Source of the DNA: Octopus vulgaris
Lineage: Eukaryota
DNA length: 64,000 nt
Assembly (NCBI GenBank): GCA_951406725.2
Contig: OX597814.1
Coordinates: 148,490,001 to 148,554,000, forward strand
Direction: 5' to 3'
This document shows, in pieces, positions 1 through 14,656 of this stretch. The notes under the pieces were generated by a model. That model searched no databases and was not told where the DNA came from. It was given only the letters and a program-made list of their open reading frames with translations. Made by a program: the position numbers and the translations under genes. The stretch's first letter is position 1, and every line of letters begins with the position of its first letter.

Positions 1-501
1 GAAAGTCTGGTTGAATTTTATTTTGGGGCGTCTCAAAGTAGTTATTTAAGGGCTTCGCGTAAAGACTAATTAGCGTGCAATTCATTAATTATCCCAAAAT
101 TCTATATCTCTCTCAACTTACCTACTTTTTCACCACACCTCGCATGCATGTTTTATGCCTACTAGGGATCATAGCGACATCTATATGTGTATCTCATTAA
201 AACAGAATTTCCCACGCCCATACATGCCAGACAATACCGTCTGTCCAGCTCCATTTGTGCGCAAATATGTATAGCTGAATAATAACCACGTTTTTGTTTT
301 CATCGCAACAACTTTCTCCATGAATGTAATGGAACTGATCGCGTAAAAGTTATTTTACATTACATAAATTATATAAGTATATATATATATATAGAGAGAG
401 AGAGAGAAAGAGATGGAAGGATGAATGAATGGATAGATAGATTGAAAGATGTACAGCGAAAGAGATAAATATGCATATATATGTACACACACATATATAT
501 C

Positions 502-554
<53 letters not shown>

Positions 555-569
555 ACATATACATACATA

Positions 570-1330
570 CATACAGGCTGCGATGGGTAAATTGTCGCCA
601 TTTGGTACTTTTAATTTCGCGCAAGTGAGTTGTTATATTTTTCATTTGTCGACTATATTCAACACACAAATGTAAGCTGGGCTTTGTTTATAAGAAAAAC
701 TGCACCATGACGTTGTTCACTCTCCCAGAAATTTGGAAACGACATGCTGTACTACTTGGCATTTGCGCTGGAAGCTCCAAACCGAACATTTCATAGTGTT
801 TAGGTGTCAATCTGAGGACAATGTAACATAAGGACGTGTATTGAGAGTGATAAGTATCAAACAGCCAATCGACATCATGGTATTTGTAGTTTTCACTAGC
901 GATGGTGACATTATGCCTCCATTCATCTTCCCACACGGCCTCAGACGCACCACGGAGGCCTACATAATGTGCCTGGAACTGGTAGTGCTGCCCTGAATCA
1001 AGAAGATGGCTACTAGAAGACCAGGTCATGGCTGTCAGGCAATTTCTGCGACCACACTACCCCTATCATCTGGTGATCTAACACGCCAAAGTACAACCGA
1101 CTTGATTATTTAGTGTGCGGTGCAATTGAGCGAGAGACCAACAAAAATTCCTTGTAACACCAAATATGAACTGAAGGCAAAGAAACCTTCCAGAAGCCCT
1201 CCAGAAGAATTGCAGGAGATTCCGAATTTGTCTAGAAGCTGTGTTTCAAGCCAACGGGCGAGTTTATTGAATAAATTTAGTCTTTAGTATTTTAAGATAT
1301 TCATAGAGAAGTTTCGTAAATATATCTGTT
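570..1330 (+). mobile_element. Decayed Tc1/mariner (maT/DD37D-like) transposase relic
   Basis: The + strand from about 855 reads IKQPIDIMVFVVFTSDGDIMPPFIFPHGLRRTTEAYIMCLELVVLP*. Later frames give NRLDYLVCGAIERETNK (degenerate SPDxNPLDY) and CRRFRICLEAVFQANG. Stops, frameshifts and deletions are present; the relic is flanked by (TA)n. Confidence 0.8.
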
Positions 1331-1357
1331 AAAATGTTATTTTCATTTCATATACAC

Positions 1358-1474
<117 letters not shown>

Positions 1475-1849
1475 CATATATATATTATAGTTTTCAGATA
1501 GCCAGATAAGCGAAGAGATGGTGTTGTGGACTTCCATCTCGGCATCCGTAACACAGAGTTTTATCTTGGCTATTGAATAATTGTCACATATTATTTTACA
1601 GATATATATATATATATATACATATATACATACATATATGTACATACCTACATATATATGTATATATATACATGTATATATGGGTAGGGGACATCAAAGA
1701 AACGTGGAACATAATGAGAAATGAGACATACAAAATAAAGAATGTACCCTTTCTTTAGTTGTCCCTGCTTCATATTCTCTGCATTTCGAAGGTAAGGACA
1801 AGACGCGAATTCGTTGAAACAGTCCTTTCCGCAAAGCAAATTAAATTAG

Positions 1850-1907
<58 letters not shown>

Positions 1908-1924
1908 TGTATATATATACATAA

Positions 1925-2570
1925 ATAAATTTAAATAACAAGGGTAAAAAATTGAATATTAATTTGATTAATATCTGACCTAGCATATTGAAAAATTCTG
2001 AAGATTCAGAAAGATTATATTGCATTCATATAAGAGGGATGACCCCCTAATTGGCTAATTGGACATGCTATGATGTTGGCCCCATATGCTCTGATCACTA
2101 AGAAAATACTGTTCTCCACAAAATTCAGCAAACGCCAGAACGTAAGCGAGCAAGTCAAATGAAAAGATATACATTGTAATGATTAGTCACATACCCAATT
2201 TCATTGTTACCACTTACATATTTACTTACGTAAATGTCCGCAATTCATCAGTGTGACCGTCATAGCAAAATATAATTTGCAGAACTATGCACGGAATGTC
2301 CACACGGGATTGAACATGCGTATAGTTTAGCAAATTATATTTGGGGGTATATTTCAAATGTGTCAGTTTTGGCGCGCCAAAGACTGGAAATAATATAATT
2401 GTCTACAGTGAATCCTACCGGTTAGAGAGCATGGTTATTTAAAGTTAAATAATACGGGTAAAAAACATCGAATACTGTTTTGATTAACTATATACATGTT
2501 CAATCTCGTGTGGACGTCCCGTGTATAGTTCTGCATTTTATAATTTGCTGGACGGCCACACTGCTGAAGG
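1925..2570 (-). mobile_element. Penelope-like terminal fragment with fold-back (2245-2328 inverted at 2486-2568)
   Basis: Abuts (TA)n and contains a hammerhead on the - strand. tgcagaactatgcacggaatgtccacacgggattgaacatg recurs in reverse complement as catgttcaatctcgtgtggacgtcccgtgtatagttctgca. Confidence 0.6.
2186..2257 (-). ncRNA. Type I hammerhead ribozyme
   Basis: Minus strand reads gtcaca CTGATGA attg-[34 nt with hairpin]-caat GAAA ttggg TA tgtgac: perfect 6-bp stem I, intact core boxes, stem II. Confidence 0.8.
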
Positions 2571-2660
2571 TAAAAAATGTAATATTAATCACTACTCAAA
2601 TGTTCAAGTTACGTGTCCACAAACAGTTATCAGTGAAATCTCCGTTATATATACCGCACC

Positions 2661-2728
<68 letters not shown>

Positions 2729-5577
2729 TACACAGATATGCATATATCATATTATATTTTATTATATTATTTTGTCTCGTCATTTTTTCCCAAAATTATT
2801 GTGAACATTCTTACGCAGAATATCCAATCTGTCAAACTCATTAATATCTGTTGTACTTAGTTTTATCATTAAAACTTTTGGGAAATAATCCTGAACTCGC
2901 AAACATTATTTCTTTCATTTCTCTTTTGTTTTTGTAAAACTGATAGATGATGTTTCCTGACCTACATACTATTTCTCGAGTGTTTGTCTTTGTACTAATG
3001 TAAGACACCATTCTTTCACCGTTTGATAAATGATGAATCAGTTTCTTTTAAATGCGATTTGTTTCCTCGGAATTACACTAATAAGAAGCTTAAAGTAATT
3101 TTTGTATTCCAGACGTTTTTGCAAGAATACGTTCTTATTCTTATTTTAATTGAGATGGATTTGTTTTTGTTGATTAAACATCTCAGGTATGACGACCAGT
3201 TATATATTTTAAAGAATTAAAAGAAAAAAATGTCACTGCATGTGGATTTAGCAGCAAAATCAATTCCTAAATTAAGAGATCCGAGGGAAAGAATGAAAGG
3301 CTAAAGTGACCTCGGTGGGATACAGTAAAGAACTAGAGTAACAGAACCATATGCTTTGGAAGACGTGGCGGTGTTTTGCCGACACACTGGCCTAATACAT
3401 CTCTTGTTAGCACGCTGTCTAGACTTCGGAAGAACAGTGTTTATAAGAGAAAAGTATCTGCATCGAATATGCTGTGCAGTGAGTTCCTGTAGGACGGATG
3501 CAATATGTTAGCAAAATAGCGGCAGCAAGTCTGTACATAAAATATAGTGTAAGAAACTGAAATGATGAAAAGATCTGATATAGCCTACAGGTTTAAAGGA
3601 CGCCCTCTCTTCCCATGCAAATAATAATATTTGTGCAAAAGTATATTTCCAGTTGACAGTATAATGGGGACGTAATTATATGTAGTAATTGCAAACATTG
3701 CCAAGTAAAAGAGATATAAGACAAAGCACCGACTCACCGTAAATAACAAAAAGATCTTGGGCATATGCTTTAGTAAGTGACAAAGCTACTATAACAGCTG
3801 TCACAATGTCATTCCCTCTTACTAACAATACAGCAGTTTATCTACTTACCAAGCATTAGAAAGCATTTCTAACGCATGCTAACATTGACATCACCGCCAT
3901 ATCACCAACTTACACTCACTAACTACTTCTGTTCCATCAACCGTTAAGAAATAATTATATATCTATCACATATCCTATTATATCGTTAAGCAAGATCTGT
4001 CTCATTTGTTTCAATAACCTTCTGACGAACTTATATCAACCTCCTCTTCCCCTCTCTAACTTCCTCTTTCTCTCTCTCTCACTGTTTCTTTTTATCTCTG
4101 TATCAAATAGTGCAGTATCTATACTTAATGACTCGTGGCAGATCGTAAACTTTCCTGATAGCATCGTCACCGCTCACACCCATGTCATTGTCATCATAAT
4201 CGTCTATCGGCATATCGTCCCAATCATTGGCGACAGCTGCATCGACACCATCATTTTCCACCTGTTCCTCCTCCATCCTCTCTTCAATTTTGTGGTCATA
4301 GTGGTCGTCATCATTATCATCATCACCAGCAGCAGCAGCATCACCACCTCGATTGTATACGCCATTATAGATACAATATTTTACATTCACACATACAACC
4401 AGGAAGCATAAATGCATACAGACACAAACACAAAGTCACACAAGGACGTCGTACAAGCTCACTCATTCATATCGTAGGTATTAATAATGCATGCATATAA
4501 TATTAATATTATTTTGGTATGCCTGAATGAACGATATAAGTGCGTGTGTGTGTGTGAGTTCGTGTGGATGTGTGGATGTGCGTAAACATGTATATATGTA
4601 CCCATGCGTACGTATATATATGTTGGTGTGTGTTTATAGATGTAAATTGATATTCTATTTTACTTGTATCAATCATTAGATTGCAGCCATCCTGGGGAAC
4701 CGTCTTCAAAGGTTTAGTTTGAAAAATCGAACGTAGTACTTACTTCCTTTCAACTTTATTTTAAACTGATTCTATTTGTTCATTTAGGCGAAACGCTAAG
4801 TTACGATGACGTAAATGAACGAAAAAATCGTTGTCAAGTGGCGTTGTGTGTGTGTGTGTCTTACATACGTTTACCGGAATCGTATTGAATATGCATATAA
4901 AGGCCCTTATTCTTTTATACGGGCTACAGCCTAAGGAAGACAACTGGCGATACAAGCTTTTTGGGGTCACATCGAGCTGTACCGAGATAATGTAGGATGA
5001 ATATAATAATAATCATTGGCTGGAATTTATAACTATTTTAATGAATCTTCTATTGAATACGGATTATGATCTTAAGAAACATACGATTTGTCATATATTT
5101 ACATAACTTTAAATTTGTTTATATTTACATGAATATAAATATATGCCCGGCCATACTGTGACCAATGGTTTCGTATACATAAAGCACTTAGTTGTATAAA
5201 CTAAGATCCCAATAACCAGTTTTTGATTTAGAAAAACAAGGCATGCTTTATAAACTTCTCTAGACTCGTGACTCTAAATGATACAGGTCTGTGTGTGTCC
5301 TTGCATGTACATATGTATGTATAATTAAGTGTATATATATATATATGTTACTTTGAAAGATGCAAAATCATTTCAAAGAATAGTTATTCAGTGTCTCACC
5401 TTCCTGTTCGTCGGAGAGTTTTGATTACAAATTTAATCACGAACAGGAACGTGAAACATCGAGAAACAGTTTTTTTTATGTTTTGTAGCTTTAATAAAAA
5501 AAAAAGATATATTACCCTACCTTCAGTATTCGACTACTAGTTTTTCCACCTTGCTTTGCATTTATGTGCTTACTTGT

Positions 5578-5642
<65 letters not shown>

Positions 5643-5700
5643 TGATAAACATGGTAAGAAAACAAAAGAATGAAAGAGACTTCGATATTATGTAATATAC

Positions 5701-5993
5701 ATCTGGAAATGTAATATGTGACATTTATTCGGGAGCCATGATAAAACTCCGAGCTTCCACCTCGACATCCGTAACTCGGAGTTTTATCATGTAGTTGTGT
5801 CGCAATACTACACAGTGGCTGTGCGAGCTACGAAATCCTCGTCGCCACTGTTATGTCGCACGTTCGGTGGACCTCTACTCAACTTCACTCTGCTCCCTCT
5901 ATATCTACGTATTGGGCTAGTCTAATTCATTCACTGGGGGCGTCGACATAACACATGGCTTCCGAATAATTGTCACATATTACATTTACAGAT
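5701..5993. repeat. Fold-back element with about 40 bp terminal inverted repeats between (TA)n tracts; partial relative at 1500-1601
   Basis: atctggaaatgtaatatgtgacatttattcgggagccatg pairs with catggcttccgaataattgtcacatattacatttacagat. Internal perfect hairpin catgataaaactccgag/ctcggagttttatcatg. Confidence 0.7.
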
Positions 5994-6023
5994 ATATATA
6001 TATATACATATGCATATAAATAC

Positions 6024-6060
<37 letters not shown>

Positions 6061-6151
6061 AATATATGTATGTATGTATTTATATGCATATGTATATATG
6101 TATTGTGTGTGTGTGTATATATATATTTATGTATGCATGTATTTATATATA

Positions 6152-6187
<36 letters not shown>

Positions 6188-6863
6188 TGCGCGTGTATAG
6201 AAATATCAATATTACTATTAGTACTACATTTTTAGTTATTACTGTAGAACACTATTTTTTAGGGGAAAATATTTTGGAAAGGTATCACTAACTGTATTAA
6301 TTTCTCGATATACTGAAAATGCTGATATACGACACGTAACCTTAATTTCATTATGCATTAATTGCTGATATTTGTCAATGTAACAAAGGACACTTTTCGC
6401 ATATGTATTAGATTTTTTTCTTTTCCTTTTCCTTTTTATTTCATTACTTTATTTAATCTATTAAACAGTAAGTGTATTAATGAAAAGTGAACTGCTGAAA
6501 AAAAGGACAACTATGATAAGAGAAATAGCAAAAAGAGAAAAAATAAAGAAAACCATGGCGAAGAAAGACAAATTGAATATATAATGGCTGACAACAATAA
6601 TCGTTTTATAAGCTATGTATATATACAGGAGAAAATTGAGCAATACAGGGAGCGAGTGATATGTGTGTATGTGTGCGTGTGTATCTGTGTGTTTGTGAGT
6701 GTGTGAGCGTGTGAGTGCAGAAGTGTACGCATACACATAATTATTTATTTATGTGTGCAATTATGTATTCATGATAGTATGTATTGATATATCTATATAC
6801 TTAAGTACATAGGTATATATCTATCTCTTAATCTCTCCCCGCTCTCTCTCTCTCTTTATATAT

Positions 6864-6909
<46 letters not shown>

Positions 6910-6982
6910 ATGCACACACACATATATATACATATATGTACATGCACTCATAAAAAGCTATATCTGTAAATCTAACTATTGA

Positions 6983-7021
<39 letters not shown>

Positions 7022-7336
7022 TGCGTATGTATGTGTGTATGTATGTATGCATTCATGTATATTATGCATGCACTTACACGTCTGTGTGTGTGTCTGTGTC
7101 TATGAGAGAGTACAAGGGAAATTGGAAGGGAGTGCGAGAAATTTGCTGTGAGAGCAAAATGAATATGATTGAGGAAACGAAAGGTAATGTGAGTGATAAA
7201 AATGAAGATAAATATAATGAGTGAGCGAGATAAATGCTTGGAAATCAACAACGGTAATCAGTTGGAGCAATATGAAAAAAAATATATAGGAGAAAGAGAG
7301 AACTGAATGTAAAGATAAGAGAACGTGAGGGAGATG

Positions 7337-7376
<40 letters not shown>

Positions 7377-7719
7377 GAGAGAATGAAATATATATAAAAG
7401 AATTGAAGGGAAATGGAGTGAGTGAAAGATACTGAAGGAGCAACAATGATAATGAGTCCGAACATTTAAAAGAAGATAAAGCTGAAGTCAACCATGAAAC
7501 AAAACTAAAATTGCTTACTGAAAGCATCGAAGCAGCAAAATACTAAAAAAAAAAAAAATCAAATAAAAAAAAAGGAAAAAAGCGAAGAAAAGAAAGAAAG
7601 AAAGGAGAAAACTTATAATTAGTTTGTCGATATAACTCTAGTAACAAGAGAACATTGTTAGAGTTAACAGCAAGAACAATCAGGATATCAGTAACCATTA
7701 TATTATTTTCGTCATCATG

Positions 7720-7984
7720 GACTCCGTCGTCGTTGTCATAATCATCATCATCATCATCATCATCATAGTATTCATTATCTTCATCATTACCAATATCACG
7801 TTCAACATCATTACCTGCATATTTAACGTTGTTATCGCTGTCCTCATCACTGACCTCCTACTTCGTCTCCACTTCCCCTTCTCTCTCGTTTTGCTCTTCC
7901 TCCTCCTCCTTATCGTAAACATCATCCTAATCGTCATTGTTGCAATCGTAATTCCAATCATCATCCTAATCGTCATTGTTGCAC

Positions 7985-8034
<50 letters not shown>

Positions 8035-8062
8035 CCACCATCATCATCATCATCATCATCAT

Positions 8063-8093
<31 letters not shown>

Positions 8094-8515
8094 GTCGTCA
8101 TCATCATCATCATCACTTGCATACGTACATAAAAAAATTTGTAGCCTTATGCGTACCGTGGAGTTCATTTACTCGACTTCCTTGCCGTGTAAGTATCTAG
8201 TCCGGAAAAGTGAATGGCAAAATCGATTTTGGGAGGGGTTTTTTTTATTGATAATGTAAAGTAAAATTGTAATGTATTTTATTCGGTGTTCTGCCAATAA
8301 CGTTATTAAGTAACCCGCTGTTACTAGTAACAAACCTATTAATTTTCTTCTTCTTACAACTAATGCAACTGCTACCGAACCTTTACTACTACTACCAATA
8401 TTACTACCAATACTACCACTACTACTGCTACTGCTGATACTCCTCCTCCTCCTACTACTACTACTACCTGTATTATTGCTGCGGGTAATACTGCTAATGC
8501 AATTGCTGTTGGTAC

Positions 8516-8601
<86 letters not shown>

Positions 8602-8735
8602 ATAATAATAATAATAATAATAATACCACTACTACTACTACTACTATAAGTAATGATAAGAACAATAATAGTGGTGGCGGTGGTGGTGGTGATGATGATG
8701 ATGATGATGATGATGAGGATGCTGATGATGGTGAG
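7720..8735. repeat. Compound trinucleotide microsatellites (CAT, CTA, CCA, TAA, GAT)
   Basis: Directly visible; explains the poly-D/H/S/V ORFs. Confidence 0.95.
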
Positions 8736-9039
8736 GACTCTTCCATCGAAGACGACGCATGTCTGTTTTGCCGAACGAGCAACACAAATCATTTGCTTAT
8801 AGTGATCAAATGTCTGCACCATACTTTAGCTCGCTCACTCACTCCATCAAATCGACGATAACTGAACAGGTGCACAGAGCAACATAAAATTGAGTGTTTT
8901 GCTCAAGAACCCAGCGCACCACAAAGACTATGAAGCGAAGCCATGGCTTCGTGATTGTGATTTCAAAGATGAAAGGAAGAACAACAGAGAAAATGGAACT
9001 ACATGTTCGATTCATGCAAGTAACCGATAAGTAATGATC

Positions 9040-9800
9040 GCCAGCATTGGCTGATGGATGGAAACTTGAAACGAGAGACAGAAACGTTTATTATAGCCGC
9101 TTAGGAACAAGCACTTAGAACAAATTTGATAACGGCAAAGTCAACAAAACTCAGACAGCGAATGTCGAATCAGCAAGAAAGGAAAGGAGAGTATGAATCA
9201 CATTTTAAGTGAGTGCAGTATATTAGAGCAAAAGGAATATAAGCTCAGCCATGAATGTGTAAGCAAATGAACGAGTTGGAATATTAGCTGAGAGTGTAGC
9301 TTCAAAGCAATAAAAAAGCAGAATGTGATAGAACATGAGAAATACAAGATTGTCTGGGACGTCACCATAATGGTGGACCATATATCTGAGACTAAACGAC
9401 TAATCATGATTAAAGAGGACAAAGTATACAAACAGCGTTAGATAATAAATTTTGCAATTCCCTACGATACCAGCGCTGATACCAAATAAATTGCAAAGCA
9501 AAGAAAAAAATAAAGAAATCAGAAATATCAGAATCTAGCCAGAGAGCTGGGAAGATTGTGGAAGATTAAGACAACTGTTATTCCTGTAGTAATTGTTGTT
9601 CTTCGCACATCTATTAAAATACCGCTTAAAAACTGAAAGAAATTGGAACTCGAACTCGTTTTTTTGTTGATCTGCAGAATAGTACCGTCATATGTTCTGA
9701 AATAATTCACAGAAAGTTTCTCGAGATATGTGGAGACTTGTTCTCGCCAAATCTCAAAATAAAATAACCGCCAACTAAAACAGAGTGAACTAGCGAAATG
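9040..9800 (+). mobile_element. Decayed 3' fragment of an R4/Dong-like RLE non-LTR retrotransposon
   Basis: Reads WLMDGNLKRETETFIIAA*EQALRTN, KYKIVWDVTI, FAIPYDT and KYQNLARELGRLWKIKTTVIPVVI, the C-terminal and restriction-like endonuclease motifs of this clade. Confidence 0.75.
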
Positions 9801-9807
9801 ATAAGGA

Positions 9808-10018
9808 TCCTTTCTACTACAGGCACAAGCCCTGAAATTTGACCAAATGAGGCAAGTCGATTTCTTGGACCCCGCTGCTCGACTGGTACTTATTTCAGCG
9901 ACAGAAAAAAGATGAAGGAGAAAGTCGATTTGGTGGTATTTAATCTCAAGGTATACAGACGAACTAAATGTCGCTAGGTATTGTCCTGTGTGCTAACAAT
10001 TCCGCCGACACATCGCCT
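9808..10018 (-). mobile_element. SINE family A, degenerate copy
   Basis: Reverse-complement similarity to 31168-31394 (ctggtacttattt, gtgctaacaattccgcc). Confidence 0.6.
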
Positions 10019-10058
10019 AAATAAAATAATAATAATAGTAATAGTATTAATAATAATG

Positions 10059-10122
<64 letters not shown>

Positions 10123-13100
10123 TGATAATAATAATAATAATGATGATAATGATGATGACGACGATAATATGAAGCATATTACTTGCCCTTGTTGACAATG
10201 TTGAGAGAAAGTTTACAGATCCATTATATTCACACCACCAAAATTATCACAAGGTATTTGAACAACTGAAGTTTGATCTTAAAGTAGCAGCAATAAATGA
10301 CATACTGATAGGAGATTGATCAACCGTGATGAACAACCATAAAGACGTGCAGCTATATGGCAATATTTCCGCGAAATGGATATCCTATATACAAATAAAG
10401 ATTATGTTTGGACTTGATGCACAAATCTATCGAGAATGTAATAGTGGGAGCAATAAAATTTACGATACGATAAAGGAAGAGGCTTTCGCCATAAGATATA
10501 TCGAATGGAATATCTGCAGCTCCTACTATACAGATGATAAATGTGTGTTATTGTTGACTGTTTGAAGCATTTCCTGAGACAATGCACAACGTTGTATCAG
10601 GATGTCCTGTTCGATCTCCCACTTAACTTACTGAAGGGAATGTAATGCCACTCTAAGTACGCCTACCCACCAAATTACAACTGTTTCAAGAAAATTGTGT
10701 TAATTAGAAGAACCTCAGCCCATCTAATTCAGTTTTAAAATACGATAAGGCTCGATCATACTCCAGTTGAGCAAGACGTACATAACAGTCCTGCTATCAT
10801 TTACTATGAAATTAAACAGGACAATGCCATATTCTTGACACCACAATACCTACTGTCTATAAATTTGCGATGAAATGAGCGGTAAATCTACGTTGCTGAA
10901 ACATGTAGCCGTTAAACTAGATACGTTATGGTAGCTACGTACTGTATCTAACATTTTATTTATAGTTGGTACTAGAGAAGGATACAACGAATATTCTGTA
11001 GATATAGTCATATAGGCCCTCAATTATAGATTCTGTAGATGTCCAGAAAATATAGTAAGACCTGTAATCATTCTTTGGTTTTTCTCGGAGAGCCATATTT
11101 AAAGAATGTGATTGTTGCTGAACATATCTTGTGACTGAACATTTTTCTTTTACTGAAATCTATTTTTATAAACATTGAACTCTTTGTGATTTTCCAGCCA
11201 TATTCCAGAAGGTAGGCATAACACTTGCTCGAAAACTGGAAACTTCTCAAGTAGAATTCTAATTATTATTAGGTGGAGGAGGGGAATATAAACATGGCGT
11301 TCAGTTATCATATAACTCAGTAAACGTGTACACAACACATGTCATTTTATCAGCAACACTCTAAAGCCACAAACATCATATCTAATAAGCGATACCAACA
11401 GAGATTTCCACTCAAATTTTATGCTAACCTTTTACATATGCAATACTAAAATGTTTCTTACGAATAACAGAGACAAAGATCTCAGGTTATTAAAGCTGCG
11501 CATTTTGCAGAAAATATACGCAATACTCATTTTCTTAAATTAAATACCAAAATGAATTATTTCTTCAATCTTTTTAATCACTAATTCACCAAACCTCGCA
11601 CATTTTCAGATCGTATGCACACTTGAATTTCACCTCCCACATATAATCTTATCATTCTCACGTTACAGATGAATATTTCCTCCACATCTACATCAAACAT
11701 TGAGGAGATTGACCTCAAATGAACTGAATTGATATAGTGACTACAAATATTTTCCTAGTCACTAGAAAAATTAGAAAGCATGAAATACAATGAAGAATTC
11801 ATATAAACATATTACCTACTGAAGAAACAAGACTAGGAATTAAATTCAGTGTGTAATGATAACAATATATACCAGACGTTATAAACAAAACAAAACATGC
11901 TAAGTTTCCTCAGCAGATAGAAACTGTAACAGATGTGCATGAACAATCCATGGAAACTATCAAGAATTACGCTATCTTGAATTAATCTTCATTTCATCCT
12001 ATTATAATAACATCCTATTATAAGTAAAATATACGAATATAGACCAGAACACTTCCTACGATAAATATTTGCACGCAGGCCCTACTGTTAGAACACTTAA
12101 ACAATAAAAGAAAATAAAAAATTATACTTGCTGATGAAATATATTGATATCACTACAAGCTGCAAGTTTCCCACACACTGTCTTGTATTATCACGTCTAA
12201 ACAAATAGACCCTTCTGCAATATATCGCATCTCTGAATTTATCTTTCCTGAGGACTCTATCTCTCAATTTCAGGCAAAACAACATGGAGATATAAGCGAC
12301 AGAATCACAGCAGTCTGAGAAACACCAAATACTAATGGGCATGTACAACATGGATCGTAATTTCAAACGAATTGAATATCTTACAATCTAACTGAGCCCA
12401 TTTTCACGCCATAGTAGTGGCCACTACTAGCATCAACAGACTTATAGAAATATGAAGGAACGTTATACATCAGAATCTTAGTGCCATGCAGCTCTTTAAA
12501 GGATTCAACATTGCGTGTCAATGTGTTCAGTGTTATATTCATCGGGGTGAAATCATGGTATATTTGTTTCAATATATCTATGCTTCGTACCAAATAGGTA
12601 ACTCTAAATAAATATCTCTAAGTTTCATATAACACTTCATTTAAATTTAAAATTTTCCACCAAAATATCGATAAGAATTGCAAATATATTTATATCCAAA
12701 TGTATTTAGTTGCAATAACAGCAACAACAATTGTAACATTTGCAGCATCGGTTGAACTATCAACCGTGTCACTGCATGCGGATTCTATGTGCTACAAGCA
12801 GCAGCAAATATTTTTAATAACATTTAACTGTAGATATACACAAATCCAAAATAGAATGTTTTAAATACAGTTCTATATTTAGAATATTTTTGCTCATGAA
12901 TCTCAAATCAGGTCTGAATTGGGACAATCGGGAAAAAAAAACTAACGTCAGTTAAAACAGAAAACGTGACTATAAAACAACAACATATGTAATTTCAACA
13001 ACAATTAAATATGACAGTCATTAATAAGTACTCGATCACGTTGAAGTTCCTGACATAGTGCAGGGCTAAGACTCGGTAGGAGGGTAAATAATTTGAATAG

Positions 13101-14624
13101 ACATACCACAGCATGTGGCTGACTTCAAAGTGTCTTGCATCCTTAAATTAATGAATTACAAAATAAGCTACCGCAACACTTCAAATCCTAACGTATAAAA
13201 TGTAGCTAATGCCCCAGTGCGTTTAATTCTATACCCTATTTCTCTCAGGTTTCTCCCCATTAAAATAGAGTGTGTATCTGTCGGATTAAACAATGAATAA
13301 CGGAGTTGTTTGTTGCATGGACCTGCCTATTCATTGAGTTATTCATTGTTTGTATATTCTACAAACAATTGCATCCCCATATAATCCTCATGTAGAATTA
13401 TTAAGCAATTGTCTGCGATTAGACTGACTGTTTGAATTATAGTAGAGTCCTGTCACATATTTCCATGCAGTGTTCACATGCCCACTTTCATTCGCAAGGA
13501 ATGGATGAAATCAAAAATATAGTTAAATTATAACACGCAGTGGTATACGACCTGTCTACTTTATACCTGAAAGTGGAAATTTCAAACAAACTACCTTGCC
13601 TGTGTTGTCTTGAAATAAATATCTTTGATATATATAATTATATTGATCCCAGTGCTTAAGTGCTAGTCATTCTATCGACATTCAAGGAGTATAAATATAT
13701 GCCTTATTTGGTTGTGTTTAACGACAGGGCGTGGAGATACCTAACTAAAGACTGCAAAAGTAGTATTTGACTGGTTGTTGTATGATGGTATTTACGTGGG
13801 TTCCCACTTTTGCAAAGAAACCTTGCCAAATATCGTCGAAACTTCCCTTTAGCGGAAATAAAATAAGAAAGAAAACTATGAGTGTTAACGACTAGAAGGT
13901 ATTGGTTCATAGATCACTGTTGCGGAATGGCACAAAGATACGTCGAGGTTAAATCGCTATGTTTACTTTTGTACCTGACGGATACTAACGTAGAACTGTA
14001 GAGAAAAGTCGCTTTATCGAGAAAATATCTTGTTTAAAGGGACGTAATTACTTAGAGCACGGTATTTTTTTTCAGCTATTTTAACGATTGGGGTTTCCAA
14101 CAAACAGCTTCCGAATGATACAAAACTAATATCGTTCTTGTTTTTGTTGTTACTGCCGCTATTGCTACAGATAGTGATGATGATAAATATCATTATGACG
14201 TTGATAGGTAAGATAATACAGATGGTGATGGCGATGGGAATGTGGGTGAGTAGGTAATGTTGTTAATAGCAATAACGTTAATGATGGCGATGATGACTAT
14301 GACGCCAATAACAAAAACAGCTGCAGTGATGGTAAGTATGATGATGGGGACGATGTCGAGGATGAGGAGGAGTAGCATGAAGAAAAGGAAGGGTGATGAC
14401 GAAGAAGACATTGATTATGATAAAAAGGAAAAAAATAAACATGAATTTAGGCTGGGTTATTGGTGGGTATTAGAGGTGAGGGAAAAATAGATAAAATTTC
14501 AATTAGAGTCATGCATTGCTGACCTAGGTAACGTGTGGCCAGTCGCCGGGAGTGTGTTTTACTATGAATAGCTAACTCGTAGATAAAATACAGGTCGATG
14601 TTAAACAATTGGCCGCCCAGCCTC

Positions 14625-14656
<32 letters not shown>

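Noticed and set aside
355-675. YIYI-type ORFs here and throughout the window
   Set aside because: Translations of (TA)n, (CA)n, (TC)n and (TATG)n microsatellites.
5152-5210. Minus-strand gtatac GAAA ccattgg TC half-hammerhead
   Set aside because: The 5' half (CUGANGA and stem I) is absent.
7698-8822. Poly-D/H/S/V ORFs, also at 14193-15234 and 21855-24296
   Set aside because: Trinucleotide repeats that are open in several frames and on both strands; no domain signal.
10865-10912. Hammerhead-like GAAACATGTA with a preceding stem
   Set aside because: No recognisable CUGANGA box or stem I partner.
10200-13600. Non-repetitive stretch that may be an old transposon or exons
   Set aside because: No motif could be identified in the frames read.
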